From NCBI GenBank assembly GCA_048013815.1, contig CM106586.1:10540001-10604000 (forward strand): 64,000 bases of DNA, given 5' to 3'. Position 1 is the stretch's first letter, and each line of letters opens with the position of its first letter. Both the position numbers and the translations under genes were made by a program. Source of the DNA: Setoptus koraiensis (lineage: Eukaryota > Animalia > Arthropoda). The notes below the pieces were generated by a model. That model was not told the DNA's origin. It saw nothing but the letters and a program-made list of their open reading frames with translations, and did not search any database. Shown piece after piece: positions 32,517 to 44,572 of the stretch.

Positions 32517-34133
32517 TCATGATTTATTTGACCCGTTTTGATCCACTTTGAATATTTTGCATCCAGCCTGAGGCTCTGTTTTGATGGTAAATTTTGATAC
32601 ACCACTAAGTTCATCCAATACTTGTGCACATTTGGAGTCCTCCACAAGTGTTATTGCGCAACCTATAATGCGTGTAGTGATAAAACATTTGTTAGTTACT
32701 CAGTCATTATAGAATTGATAAAGACAAAAAAGTGACAATTTGCCTGCCAGCGACTAACCTGCCCAACCAGCCCCTGTAAGACGACTGCCTAATGCTCCAG
32801 CTCTCAGGGCCGTCTTCACAATATGGTCTAGGCTCGGATGGCTACATTCATACAGATCACGAAGGCTTTCGTGACTTCGTGTCATAATGTTGCCTAGCAC
32901 TCGGATATCCTTTGTTGTCTCACATATGGATTTGAATGTTTCGACTCGCAAGGCCTCTTCAATCACATGTACACACCTAGACCTCAGCTTGAATTCATTG
33001 TGTATCTCATTCACAATGTGATGGCTAGTTTTGAATGCCTTTAGCAATTGATCTACGCTCTCAAATTGTAAAATATCGCACAACTCAGTGAGGTTGAAAA
33101 TGGCTTTCTGCTCGAATACCTGCTTCTTCATGTAAATCAGCAATTGTTCAGATGTCATACCCAAACATTGTTTCAACCTATACAAGGTGATAGTATTATC
33201 TATCCTGATGATATCGGACGATATGCCTGCGTGGCGAGCTATCACTGCTGCGCCCAATTTCGTTTCTAGAACTCTCACATTGTAGCCGGAAGTGGCAGCC
33301 TTGAAATATTCAGCGCCACAATGTGATATTAGAAAGGACAAACCTTGAGGGAGTTTTACGTTCTCGTAATTCAACTCTGGCATGAATTCAACGTATTTTG
33401 CATAGCCCTCATTGGCCGTCACAATGACTGCCTGGTCCATACCGCCGCCCTGTGTTCCTATGAGACGCTCATAACTTGCGCAATCCCCGGCCATTTGCCT
33501 CATGTCTATGGATGTATTCGTCACCATTTTGCCACAACCAACGGAATAATCTCCCTGCTGACTCTCAGTGCCATTATGTAACAGTAGTAGTCTAGTCGCT
33601 ATAGCGGATGCGCAAACTAAAGACGACGAGCTTGACAAGCCAGCTGCTGTTGGAAGGTCACTGTAAATCGCTACATTGATGCCCTGTATTTTGTTGACGT
33701 CTAATGGCTGTTTCTCACGGGCCCATTTGTTATTATTCAATTGACCAACATAGCCACACAAGAAAAAACTGTGCCACCTAAGGTCGCTTTTGAGATCCGG
33801 TTGCAGCTCTCTGATGGAACCAGACCAATGAGGAAAATTGTCAGATTGGGTGTTGAATAATTTAATTTTTTCCTCGCTGTCATCTTCGTGATTGGCGTTT
33901 TGTTGCAATGAGCAAGCCATAAATATAGAAAATTCTATGGCCATCGGCATGACAGAGAAGCCATGATAATCTATGTGATCACCAATAATGTTGACCCTGC
34001 CCGGCGTTTGGATAATGTATTGGGGCTCGTGTCCTATCTTCTCTGTGTGGAATTTGTAAACGTTGTCCAATCTCGCATCATGGCCACTGACAAACTGTAT
34101 CACTGGAATTAGGTCTCCCATATTAGAGGCCAT
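32517..34133 (-). CDS. GALK2: N-acetylgalactosamine kinase; exons 34133-32759 and 32662-32517, about 506 aa
   Basis: PGRVNIIGDHIDY, LPTAAGLSSSSSLVC, GTQGGGMDQ and GSRLTGAGWAG-CAITLV. A 96-nt phase-1 intron (GTTAGT, TAACTAAC branch point, TAG) supplies the C-terminus missing from the ORF track. Confidence 0.93.
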
Positions 34134-34204
34134 TTTTGTTGGAATGAAAATGCAGTTATAAAATCAATACAAAAAATGCCCATGTATACCTAATGCTAAA
34201 GTTA

Positions 34205-34245
34205 ACACATTCATGAAATGATCGCCATGTTTCAGCTGTTTTCAT
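34205..34245. promoter_or_regulatory. Conserved module in the GALK2/PGM2 divergent promoter (copy B)
   Basis: See 30949-30990. Confidence 0.6.
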
Positions 34246-34480
34246 CAATGGCAGTATGTGCAACCGCAAACTTATTATCGCTAGATGCACGACAGATAAC
34301 AATCGACTCTACGACCATTTTTAACTGCAACATACGACGACAACAGATACCGATCAACCTCCGACGATTGACCAGTCTGTAGACACTCGAACACCCGGGC
34401 TCTGATCATACAATACGATATTTATATTAACAGGTAAGCGATCTTCATTTGAGACAAGTCGTAGTCATCGTATAGCAACA

Positions 34481-36525
34481 ATGTCGTCCAATCAATATTC
34501 TACCGGGGATCCGGATCTAGATGCCCAACTGGCTAAATATATGAAATATGAAAAAGTAAGTAGCGAAAAATGGATTGAAACACTTGGATAATATAGTGGT
34601 GGTAAATAGATTCATTAGAAGAAAAATTGGATTCTTTCCCGATAACTAATCTTCGTTCGCTTCAGGTACTTGCCCATCGAGACTATGTGGAGCAACTTTA
34701 TTTGAACAAAGAATATGATTCGTTGCGCAAGATCATTCTCAAAAGATTGTCCTTTGGCACTGCCGGAATACGAGGCTCTATGGGACCCGGATTTGGTCAA
34801 ATGAACGACTTAGTTATTATACAGACATCACAAGGATTTGCAAAATACCTGCTCAAGTATGATGAGTCGTCCGCCTTGGATAAGGGCGTAATAATAGGTA
34901 GCGATGCCAGACACAATTCTACACGATTTGCCAAGCTCGCCGCATTAGCATTCATCCAGATGAAGATACCAGTATATTATTGTGAATATGTTGTACCTAC
35001 ACCACTTGTTGCCTTTGGTTTACGCCATTTTAAATGCCTGGCAGGTATTGTCATAACGGCCTCTCATAATCCAAAAGACGACAATGGATACAAAGTCTAT
35101 CTTGAAAATGGGGCTCAAATATTGTCTCCACACGACAGACACATACAGGAACATATTTTGCTGGAAGAGAATCAAGAACCCTGGCCTCAAGCTTGGATGC
35201 ACGAATTAGTTGGTGACGAAGATTCTATTCCGAGAGAATGGAAACATTCTTCCTTAATACGATTCGTTTACCAAGAATTGTGTGATGCCTATGATAACTA
35301 CATTAAAAGTCGAATCGCCGATGATACCAAAACTAATCAGGTATCTGAAATTGTCATTACCACAACAGCGATGCATGGAGTTGGTCACAAATTTCTCACT
35401 CGTACACTTGAATGTGCCAACTTCCGAAGTACATATCCTGTCGAGTCACAAAAGGAACCTGATTCGAATTTTCCCACAGTTGAATTTCCGAATCCAGAGG
35501 AGTCAGGAGCATTAGATTTGGCCTTTGAGACAGCCAAATCGACCAATTCTAATCTTATATTAGCTGTCGACCCCGACGCAGATCGTTGCGCCGTTGCTCA
35601 ACTACAATCCAACAGTAAACAAGATTGGAGAATATTTACAGGCAACGAAATAGGCTCCCTATTAGGCTGGTGGTGTTGGCATCGTTTTTCCAGCAAGAAT
35701 CTAAAGACCAACGACTTGGCCTCTTCAGATATGAAAAAATCTTGTGTAATGATATCGACTGCTGTTTCCTCTAAATTTTTACGCTCCATGGCCAAAGTCG
35801 AGGGATTTCAATTTATTGAAACTCTAACCGGATTTAAATACATGTGCAATCTAGCGGATGAGCTCGTGAAGCAAGGCAAGACGGTTCTATTTGCATACGA
35901 GGAAGCTATTGGATATATGGTTGACGCCACCGTCTTAGATAAAGATGGAATATCGGCCGCCCTACAAGTGGCTCAATTGAGCGCTCACATTTCTGTAAAT
36001 TATTCCCGGACACTTGAACAACATTTGGACTGGTTGTATTCAAAGTACGGTTATCATTACAACATCAATTCTTACTACCTGTGCTACGATCAAGCACTCA
36101 TAAAAAAGTTATTTAGTGCCTTGCAAGAAAAATACCCAACTGAGTTGGCCGGATTCAAAGTCACACGGGTGAGAGATTTGAACAACGGATACGATAGCGC
36201 AACAAAGGACAAGAGAGCAATATTACCAATCAGCTCGTCTAGTTTTATGGTTACATTTTTTACCGAAAATGACGCTTCAATAACTATTAGGACGAGCGGC
36301 ACTGAGCCGAAAATCAAGTATTACTCAGAGATAATATGCGGTCCACAAAATGATAAAGCTGAAAATTTTCCTGGTCAATGGCCAAAGAATCGAGACGAGG
36401 AGAAAAAGGTGGCCGAGGGTCATTTGAAGAGAATAGTTGACGCGGCAATCAAATACTGCTTGAAGCCTGATGATCACAACTTGAGACATGCTCACCACAA
36501 GACTGATTTTGCGTCTCGTCAATAG
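34481..36525 (+). CDS. PGM2: Phosphoglucomutase-2 / phosphopentomutase family; exons 34481-34555 and 34666-36525, about 644 aa
   Basis: FGTAGIRG, catalytic TASHNP, metal-binding DPDADR, YEEAIGY, DKDG and RTSGTEPKIKYY. Phase-0 intron of 110 nt with GTAAGT and TAACTAAT branch point. Confidence 0.92.
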
Positions 36526-36996
36526 TGCTGAACTAGTGGCGAGACCACTGATGTCGCTGATGGACCCTTCCTTGAGGTCAACCAGAGATTTGCACCAGAG
36601 CAATCAATTAACTGATCTTGTTAATTATCTGTTGTCATTAATTATGATTCTATGTTACGTTATACTTGTAGATTATTGTCTTGATTGATTGCAATAAATA
36701 TTATGCAACTGCCGCGACAGATATCACCAGTCAACATATTCGCTTCATCTGATAACCTAATTATAAATTGATATCCTTGACGAGGCAACAACGAACAAAA
36801 TGAAAAATTCATGAGTGATAACAAAGATTCTTTTGTACACGCTTTTTACCTAGGTGCAAAAATGGACGCTGGATGAAAATAAAGCGGATAAAACTGATGG
36901 GGGCCTCTGTTCTCGATGACTCATCAAGTACAAATTATTTTTGCGTTTATTTGTTACCAATCTAAACTAAAAACTACAAGACTAGACATTCCTCTT

Positions 36997-39900
36997 CTAT
37001 ACGGAGGAACTCAGTGAGGCTTCCGTTGAACTGGGGCTAACTCTATCACTGGCTACAGACCAATTTGAGGGATTAGATGAGAGATGGTGCAAATCGTCAT
37101 TGGATGACCAATCAATATTGTTGTTACTGTTATTACCATTAGCGTTGTTATTATTGCAATGACCGCCAACAGATGGCAGTAACCTTTTTTTGGTTAAATA
37201 CTTCTTTTGGCGAGCTCTAGAATTTTGAAACCAAACTTGTGTGACTCGCTTAGATAAGCCAGTTAATGTTGCTATTCGTTCCAGATCTTGTCCGTCCGGA
37301 TTTGAGTCAATCTTGAAATTAGTTTGCAGCACTTGTAATTGTTCATCGGTGAACGTTGTTCTAACTCTCTTTGATTTAGAGGAACTATTTAAATTGTTTG
37401 CGGTTGAATTGCCACTGTTGTGATTAGTTAGTTGATCCGAGGGCGAATGCAGCGACGAATTATCCTGTCTATGATTGTTGTTTAAATTGTTTTGTTGTTG
37501 GCCCGGTTGTTGGCTTATTAACTGTGAGATCCTTTTTAGTTTGGCGAGCGACTGCGACGTAGAAGCATCGGCCAGATCTGTCTGACCGGAAGAGGATTGT
37601 AATTGATGCTTAAAATGATTACTGTCATTGTTATTATTATTATTATTATTGTTGTTGTGAGACGACGATGACGACGACAGTAGGGACGAGGCCTGGTTGC
37701 AATCAATCATTAGATCATATGGCCCGTTGCCATAGCTGTCATATGCGGTGCCGTCATCTGTGATAATTTGCTCCATGTTGATTGTGTGATCCATAGGCTG
37801 TAATATGTTGCTTGTTTTAGTGGCGTTATGTTGGTGCTGTTGTCCATTTAAATCTGGCCCCATTCCAGAGACGATAGTGGCAGTGGTGCTGGTAGCGCTC
37901 GAACTGTCAGCTTGTCCATTGACTACTAATTAGGTATGATTGATTTAAGGGTGGCGTATTAAGAGGTGTCAAGGGTCACTGGTTACTACACTGTCACTGC
38001 TATCAATTTTTTGTTGTCGATCAAATTACAGAGAATAATCACTGAGAGCAACAGCATCTACACTGTGCTGTATCAGTGAATCAGACATAATCAATCGAAG
38101 AGTAAGATCATTAATTACCTTGCTGTTGTTGTTGTTGTTGTTGATTGGTTATTGCAAAGTGTGTCTTGCATAATAAACGAGTCCGTTCAATGTGTCGGTC
38201 GTAACTCAATGTAAACTGTTCACCTGTGCTCAATTGTCTGTGGCATACGTCACAGGAGAAACAGGCCAAATGATATACGTGGCTGTTGGCCTTTCTAACC
38301 TATAATGCGAGGTTCATTGCATGGGCAAGAGAATTATTATTTGCATATTGCGTATTGCGTATCGGTCAACGTCATGTAAATTTTAGTACATACTGAAATT
38401 ACATAACTATAACATAATTATATAATGCTACCATTATATAATTTACGAATAATACGAAATAATAGGTCAATTGAATAGTGGTATGACGCCACCAGTCAAC
38501 GGGACTTACCCAATCGGAGGCCGTTATAATAAGGTAACATTTGGAGCATTTGATGGAGTATCTCGACATCAGTTCTGAATAGTCATTCTTACATAACACG
38601 CGGCCGTCATAAATGTAACAAGAGCTAACTTGATGGAAGCCTCGGTTGCACGTTTCGCACCTATCGGATTAATGGGCACCATTGTGAATAGAAGCAAAAC
38701 AAGTGATTGTGGTGTTAATTTTGTCAGATACGATTGTCATTGAAACTCATTTGACCACTGAGCCACTGAGCAAGATGGTCACTGACATGCATCGTCTTAT
38801 CGTAGATCCAGGGGCCTCTCAAACGAGGCACCCGTTATAGGTGTGCGGTGCCGCCATGGTCCATTGTCAAGCCGTTGACAATTTGCATGTCAGTTTCGTC
38901 AGCTCCGCTGGGCTGAGCCTATGATATTTTTATCATTTATCTTGTAAATTACATCTTATATAAATGACATCATCTTATATAAATGACATCATCTTATATG
39001 AATCACGACATCATCACTCATACAAATTGCATGAGGCATCATGAGGCAAATTGCATTACATCACACACAAATGGTTACCTGAGACAATCCATGTGCCAAT
39101 TGTGGTAGCCCGACACGCTGACTATGGTCTTTGAACTGGCCAAAGATTTGTGGCACCCATAGCAAACCTATATAGAGATGGGGACAGAGTGAGGAGAATG
39201 ATGAAAGAGATGGATTATTATGCTGGTGGCACTGGATAAAGATACTGATAAAGATTCAATGATGTAACTTGCTGCCAGTGGCTCGTATCGGTGTGAATCA
39301 CCGAATTTGTGCGGATTGGCAACAATTTGTGCTGGCAAACTGTGTCTGGCAAACAAATAAACTAGCAAACAAACAGCAGACAAATAATGCAAGCGGGCAT
39401 AATTCAATTACTCCATGGTGGCGTTGATATGTTCTTGACACGATCCCATTGGTGCTGTTGTTTCCTTCATGCCAAAACATCATCACAATCGGGCCCCATC
39501 GGCATTATGGCTCCAATTACCACTAGCTAACAGCAGCAGCAACAACAACAACAAATCGGTCTAGTGGTAACGTGATCGGCATTAACAATGCCGGCCCGAT
39601 AATCAAATTACATTTGGCCATCAAGCAAATATTAGCGCATGTATCGGCCCAAACAACAATTGCTGCCGGCCGTCGGCGTTGTTGTTGCGCCAATCACACT
39701 GTCAGTTTGTCAAACAAATTGACACAACGCAACAACCAAAACACTAAATCTTGTTTCACGCTAAAAATTTCATGTCTTATCCGACTCACAATGGCCCAAT
39801 GCATTCACACTACGATATGACGTAAGTCTTGTGTCAATGCTACTGACACAACGCGCCTATATGTGCATTACCTGACGTTTGTGCCTGCGATACATGAATA

Positions 39901-42900
39901 TTTCATGTGGTGTGACATTCATCGACAACCAACAAATGTCACGGCATTGAATGGGCCAAATCGATCACTTAATCATCACTTTGTATCCGCAGTTTCATCA
40001 GGCAGTTTCAAGGTGGCCAGTCGATGGACAAATGGGCGCAGTTGATCAGCGGCGGAAGTGGCTGCGGTCGACTGGTGGGTTGCCAGTGTCTGACATGAAT
40101 ATATTTGCGACTATGATGCGCCCACTATCTTGCATGGGTTCCCCAACTGAGGGCCCCGTAACTGTGGGCCCCGTAACTGTAGGCCCGCAATTGTGGGCGC
40201 GTATGCTCAGAGAATTGTTGTCAAATCGCAGCACGACAATTTTTTGAGTGGAGCTCTCACAATTGTTAGAGAGCTTCACTCGAAAAATTCATGTCGGCCC
40301 AAGTTCTGTTCGATTCTGCTCGATTCTGTTCAATTCAGCGAGAATCCGCCGATGATGTGTGCCGAAATGAGGCCTTTCCACCAATGAACCAGTGACAAAA
40401 ATAGACAACCGTTCGGGGTGCGTCGATCAATGTGCGCCACTTCGGTTTATTCGCGGAATATCCGCCGTTCCCTGTGAGCCGTTCGCTACGAGCTTTTCGA
40501 GTATTGCGAGCTGTCAAACTGTACGAGAGTCTCTCGATAACTCTTCCGGTGAGCGTGATTGGTGTCAAAGGATCAATACAGTCAACGGATTCGCGGCAAA
40601 TGGCAGCGATCCCCAAGACAACATATTTTTTTCTAGAATCCTAGTAGGAAAAAAATGCCAGGCTCAGCGACTCAGTTGCTACAAATCGGAATCTCCGACA
40701 ACTTTATTATTATTCTTTATTATTATTATTATCAGTCATATTGCCATTGATGTCAAGATTAGTTTGAACCCAAATAAGGGTAGGGCCATTGTCGGAACAC
40801 TATTTCGGCATTGTCCCCCCAACCGAATGAGTTAACATTGGGTCTGAATCTCTCAGGGATCTCATCTACTGCAGCATTAACCAGTTGACAGATCATTGCG
40901 GCCGAGTAAAGTGGCCCAATGGGCTCACTACTATTGATTACAAGCTCATAGAACTGTTTATCGTCAACATTCTCCTCCTTAGCTATACTCAAGAGGTTCT
41001 CTATTTCTTTGCGGAAGTTGTAAGAATCCTCGTTGTTTACACTGTAAGGGGTGCACATTTCATCTGCATTACTTGCAAGAGTAGATCCCAATCTCCAGTC
41101 GTGCCCCAAGTACGATTCGAAATAATATTTAAATTTCAACTTGATATCCGGATTGTCATTATACATATCGGAAACAAAACGAGTGACCTCATTCATATCA
41201 ACCTCGCTTGACAAATCTGTTCCTGTGGCCACTTGCAATATTTTCATCATTCGTCTTGGCCAATGATGACTCTTACTTTGCAGGCGAGCTGCACTACTGT
41301 GACCAGTAGCCTCCTTGATTTTCGACACCAGATTAAATTCTTTCTGATACCATTTTTCAACTAGATCATTTATCGTCTTTATTTGTTGCACAAATTTTTC
41401 CTGTCCCCTGACCGTCGCTGAGTTGAAACTCATGACGAACATAAGGGTCCCAAGAGCAATGAAGGTGACATTGGATAGATGCATTTTCCAAGGAACTAAT
41501 CAGAGCACGCCAATCGAGAATGAATTACAATTTTTTAATTCCAAGTTATCATGCTGCAATATGTTAAGAAGCTGCCTCTGTGTTGGTTCGATGGGATGGA
41601 TTCTGTAAAAAGAGTCTATTAATAATTTTTTTTCTGGAATTTTTTCCATCAGAAAAAAACACTCCTCCGGCAACGGTACCGGGGAAAAGTTTATTATTAG
41701 ACCAACCTTTCTACGAATTTAGCTCATAATGCATCTGCTTAACGCCGTGGAATGTTGAATATCCAGACTAGCTAACAGCTAACAGACGACAATTTTTTCA
41801 GGTGTACTCAAACCTGTCATGTGGGCCAGAGATGTGCATGAACCGCATTTTCCACCACACTACTAGTGTGACATTAGACCAATGCTTATGGTGCCTCTTT
41901 TTCGCGGTTGGTATTTTTATCTGACTACTGAGCCTAACTACTGAGAAAATATCCAACAAGTTGGCATGCCCACGAGGGTAAGAGTCATCATTGGCCAAGA
42001 CGAATGATGAAAATATTGCAAGTGGCCACAGGACAAGATTCGTCAAGCAAAGTTGATATGAAAGAGGTTACTCGTCTTGTTTCCGATATGTATGAGAACT
42101 CTCAGTCATCAAAGGACAGATTTAAACATAATTTTCGATGGTACTTGCAGCACGACTGGAGATTGGGATCTACTCTTGCAAGTAATGCGGATGAAATGTG
42201 CACCCCTTACAGTGTAAACAACGAGGATTCTTACAACTTCCGAAAAGAAATAGAGAACCTCTTGAGTATAGCTAAGGAGGAGAATGTTGACGATAAACAG
42301 TTCTATGAGCTTGTAATCAATAGTAGTGAGCCCATTGGGCCACTTTACTCGGCCGCAATGATATGTCAACTGGTTAATGCTGCAGTAGATGAGATCCCTG
42401 AGAGATTCAGACCCAATGTTAACTCATTCGGTTGGGGGGACAATGCCGAAATAGTGTTCCGACAATGGCCCTACCCTTATATGAGTTACTAATCTTGACA
42501 TCAATGGCAATATGACTGATAATAATAAAGTTGTCGGAGGTTCCGATGTAGCAACTGAGTCGCTGAGCCTGGCATTTTTTTCCTACTAGGATTTTAGAAA
42601 AAATCTGCAAGTTGTCTTGGGGATCGCTGCCATTTGCCGCGAATCCGTTGACTGTATTGATCCTTTGACACCAATCACGCTCACCGGAAGAGCCATCGAG
42701 AGACTCTCGTACAGTTTGACAGCTCGCAATACTCGAACGGCTCGTAGCGGAAGGCTCGTAGCGAACGGCTCACAGGGAGCGGCAGATTTTCCGCGAACAA
42801 ATCGTAGTGGCCCTCAACAAGAAGACCCATAATTTGCCATAATCGTTTGCCGCTCCTTTTCTTTCGTTCCACGGCGTTAAGCATAAGCATTATAAGTCGT

Positions 42901-43837
42901 AGCATAAGTCGTAGTTTGGTTGGTCTAATAATAAACTTTTCTCCGGTACCGTCGCAGCGACAGAGTTGCCAGAAGTGTGTTTTTTTCTGACCCACTCAAA
43001 CACATATCTCTCGATGGGGCCTCTTTTTTAGATTATCATGTTTAATAGATGTACCCTCGAATGGGCTCAAGACACGTCAGATATGCAACATGAAAATCTC
43101 TTGAATATTGTGAAAATCTCGTGAATTTCGTGAAAATCTCCGAGAGTCCGAATTCAAGCAACGAAGCAGCGTTCCAATTACGCGAGCCGAAACACGAGCA
43201 ATTTGATTCAGTTGAGCGTGTTTCTTGGGGGTTGTTTGAAGAGCCTGAAGATTTGTCTGATCATCGATGATTTGCCTGATCATCGGTGATTCATCACCGA
43301 TCACGAAGCAAATGATTCATCAGTGTGTTAATTGACACAATTGTGTTATATCAGCAGCACAAACTTACTTACCTCCTTCAAGGTGCTTGATTGAAGCTCT
43401 TGGCCGATCTGCTCACTGCTGGCAGGACGTGTCACAGCTGTTTGCTCACTTCCGGTGCTGCATTCCAAATGCTGGCCGGGGGACGTGCTGCTGTCGTTGC
43501 ATTTATTGCTGCTTTTATTGTTATCCGAAGTGTTGCTGCTATTGTTTTTCTTTTTAACATTCACTATGTTTGACGATGGACTTTTCGATGGGGCCAATAC
43601 GTTGTTGTGACATTGTTTCGCTTGCTGTTGTTGTTGCTGCTGATTGGTTGTTTGGGGCGCCGGTTGGCTTATTCGTCTGTCGCTCATTCGGATGTGCTGT
43701 TGACGCGATTCTTCTGTGGACACAACACAGTTGTTGCTGTTGTTCGCTGAATTGTTTGTCGTAATTGCGTGGGCGTCCGCTTGTTTGGCGCTGTATTGCA
43801 AGGTGTCTTTCGCCACTGCTGCATCCATTACTGTCAT
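36997..43837 (-). CDS. Awh: LIM-homeodomain protein Arrowhead (Lhx6/8); exons 43837-43373, 39167-39079, 38660-38510, 38299-38119 and 37925-36997, about 604 aa
   Basis: LIM1 (CYGC...WHMDCLRCETC...C), LIM2 (CSKC...[11 protein letters not shown]...CKTH), and homeodomain [57 protein letters not shown]. All splice phases are consistent and the total of 1815 nt is divisible by 3. Exon 1 assignment is less certain. Confidence 0.88.
40436..41257. repeat. Left arm of an ~820-bp inverted duplication inside Awh intron 1
   Basis: Reverse complement of 41978-42811; about 99% identical over the central ~330 bp by hand comparison. Confidence 0.93.
40759..41484 (-). CDS. Nested intronless secreted protein of unknown family, 241 aa
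   Basis: Signal-peptide-like N-terminus ([22 protein letters not shown]) and AATAAA downstream. Only synonymous differences from its inverted copy across 110 codons. Confidence 0.72.
   Translation of the reverse strand: MHLSNVTFIALGTLMFVMSFNSATVRGQEKFVQQIKTINDLVEKWYQKEFNLVSKIKEATGHSSAARLQSKSHHWPRRMMKILQVATGTDLSSEVDMNEVTRFVSDMYNDNPDIKLKFKYYFESYLGHDWRLGSTLASNADEMCTPYSVNNEDSYNFRKEIENLLSIAKEENVDDKQFYELVINSSEPIGPLYSAAMICQLVNAAVDEIPERFRPNVNSFGWGDNAEIVFRQWPYPYLGSN
41978..42492 (+). pseudogene. 5'-truncated inverted copy of the 241-aa secreted-protein gene (may encode a 162-aa signal-less protein from ATG 42004)
   Basis: Homology starts at [11 protein letters not shown]. In-frame TAA at 41935-41937 with no signal-peptide segment. 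Confidence 0.6.
41978..42811. repeat. Right arm of the inverted duplication
   Basis: See left arm. Confidence 0.93.
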
Positions 43838-44542
43838 TGAGTTGATATATTCATCAATGGATTTTATTTGTCAATGAATATGTTTATCTACGGATGTATT
43901 TATATGCGGATATGTTTGCGTCACCTGTCACTGGCGACCTGTCAGTCGGCTACTTAGCGTCGGTCAGCTACTTTATTCGACGCTCGCCTCGATGTTCGAC
44001 GAGAGTAATTGAGTAATTGGCGGGGGTGACGCAACTAATTGGTGCAAATGATCGATGCTTGCGTGCCGCTGAGTGTAATGAACGTTGGGCAGCGCAGTTA
44101 TGAATGAAGTGATAAATTGTCGACGAGCCGGACGCAATTGAACGGTGCACGCTGACTATTGTTACTGATAAGTGGGGCGCCCGGTTGTTCGGCTCGGCGC
44201 GCGTCGCTGCTCGAGTGGCGCCCCCGAAACTCATATAGGCTCAATTGGGAGTTGCAACCTGTGCCCAGCATTGTGTACACACCGCACTGCATGTTTGGTG
44301 TTGTTGCTGGCAACAACAACAACAACAACAAACAAGAGAACAGCAAACAAGACAGATTCATTTGTCGTGTAACGGTTGCTGTAACGACGGGCCCGCGACT
44401 AGCGTATGCGCGCATGTCATAAATGAGCAGGGGCCCCATTTAAACTTGTCGGACATCATCATTGGCTTATGCTGGCTGGCTGGCTGGCTTTTTACACGCG
44501 TGCAAGTTCACGACGGCGCCCCCACGAGCAACTTGCTCGCCC

Positions 44543-44572
44543 GCCGACAGTACGCGCGCGCGCGTACTGTCG
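44543..44572. repeat. Perfect 30-bp palindrome GCCGACAGTACGCGCGCGCGTACTGTCGGC
   Basis: Equals its own reverse complement; preceded by CGAGCAA-C-TTGCTCG at 44524-44538. Confidence 0.9.

Noticed and set aside
32517-32662. Apparent continuation of the PIG-K remnant (VHKYWMN resembling SRYWFN)
   Set aside because: This segment is the last coding exon of GALK2 in another frame; the resemblance is coincidental.
34434-34475. Possible 42-nt 5' UTR intron of PGM2 (GTAAGC..TAG)
   Set aside because: Much shorter than the well-supported introns here, with no clear branch point or transcript evidence.
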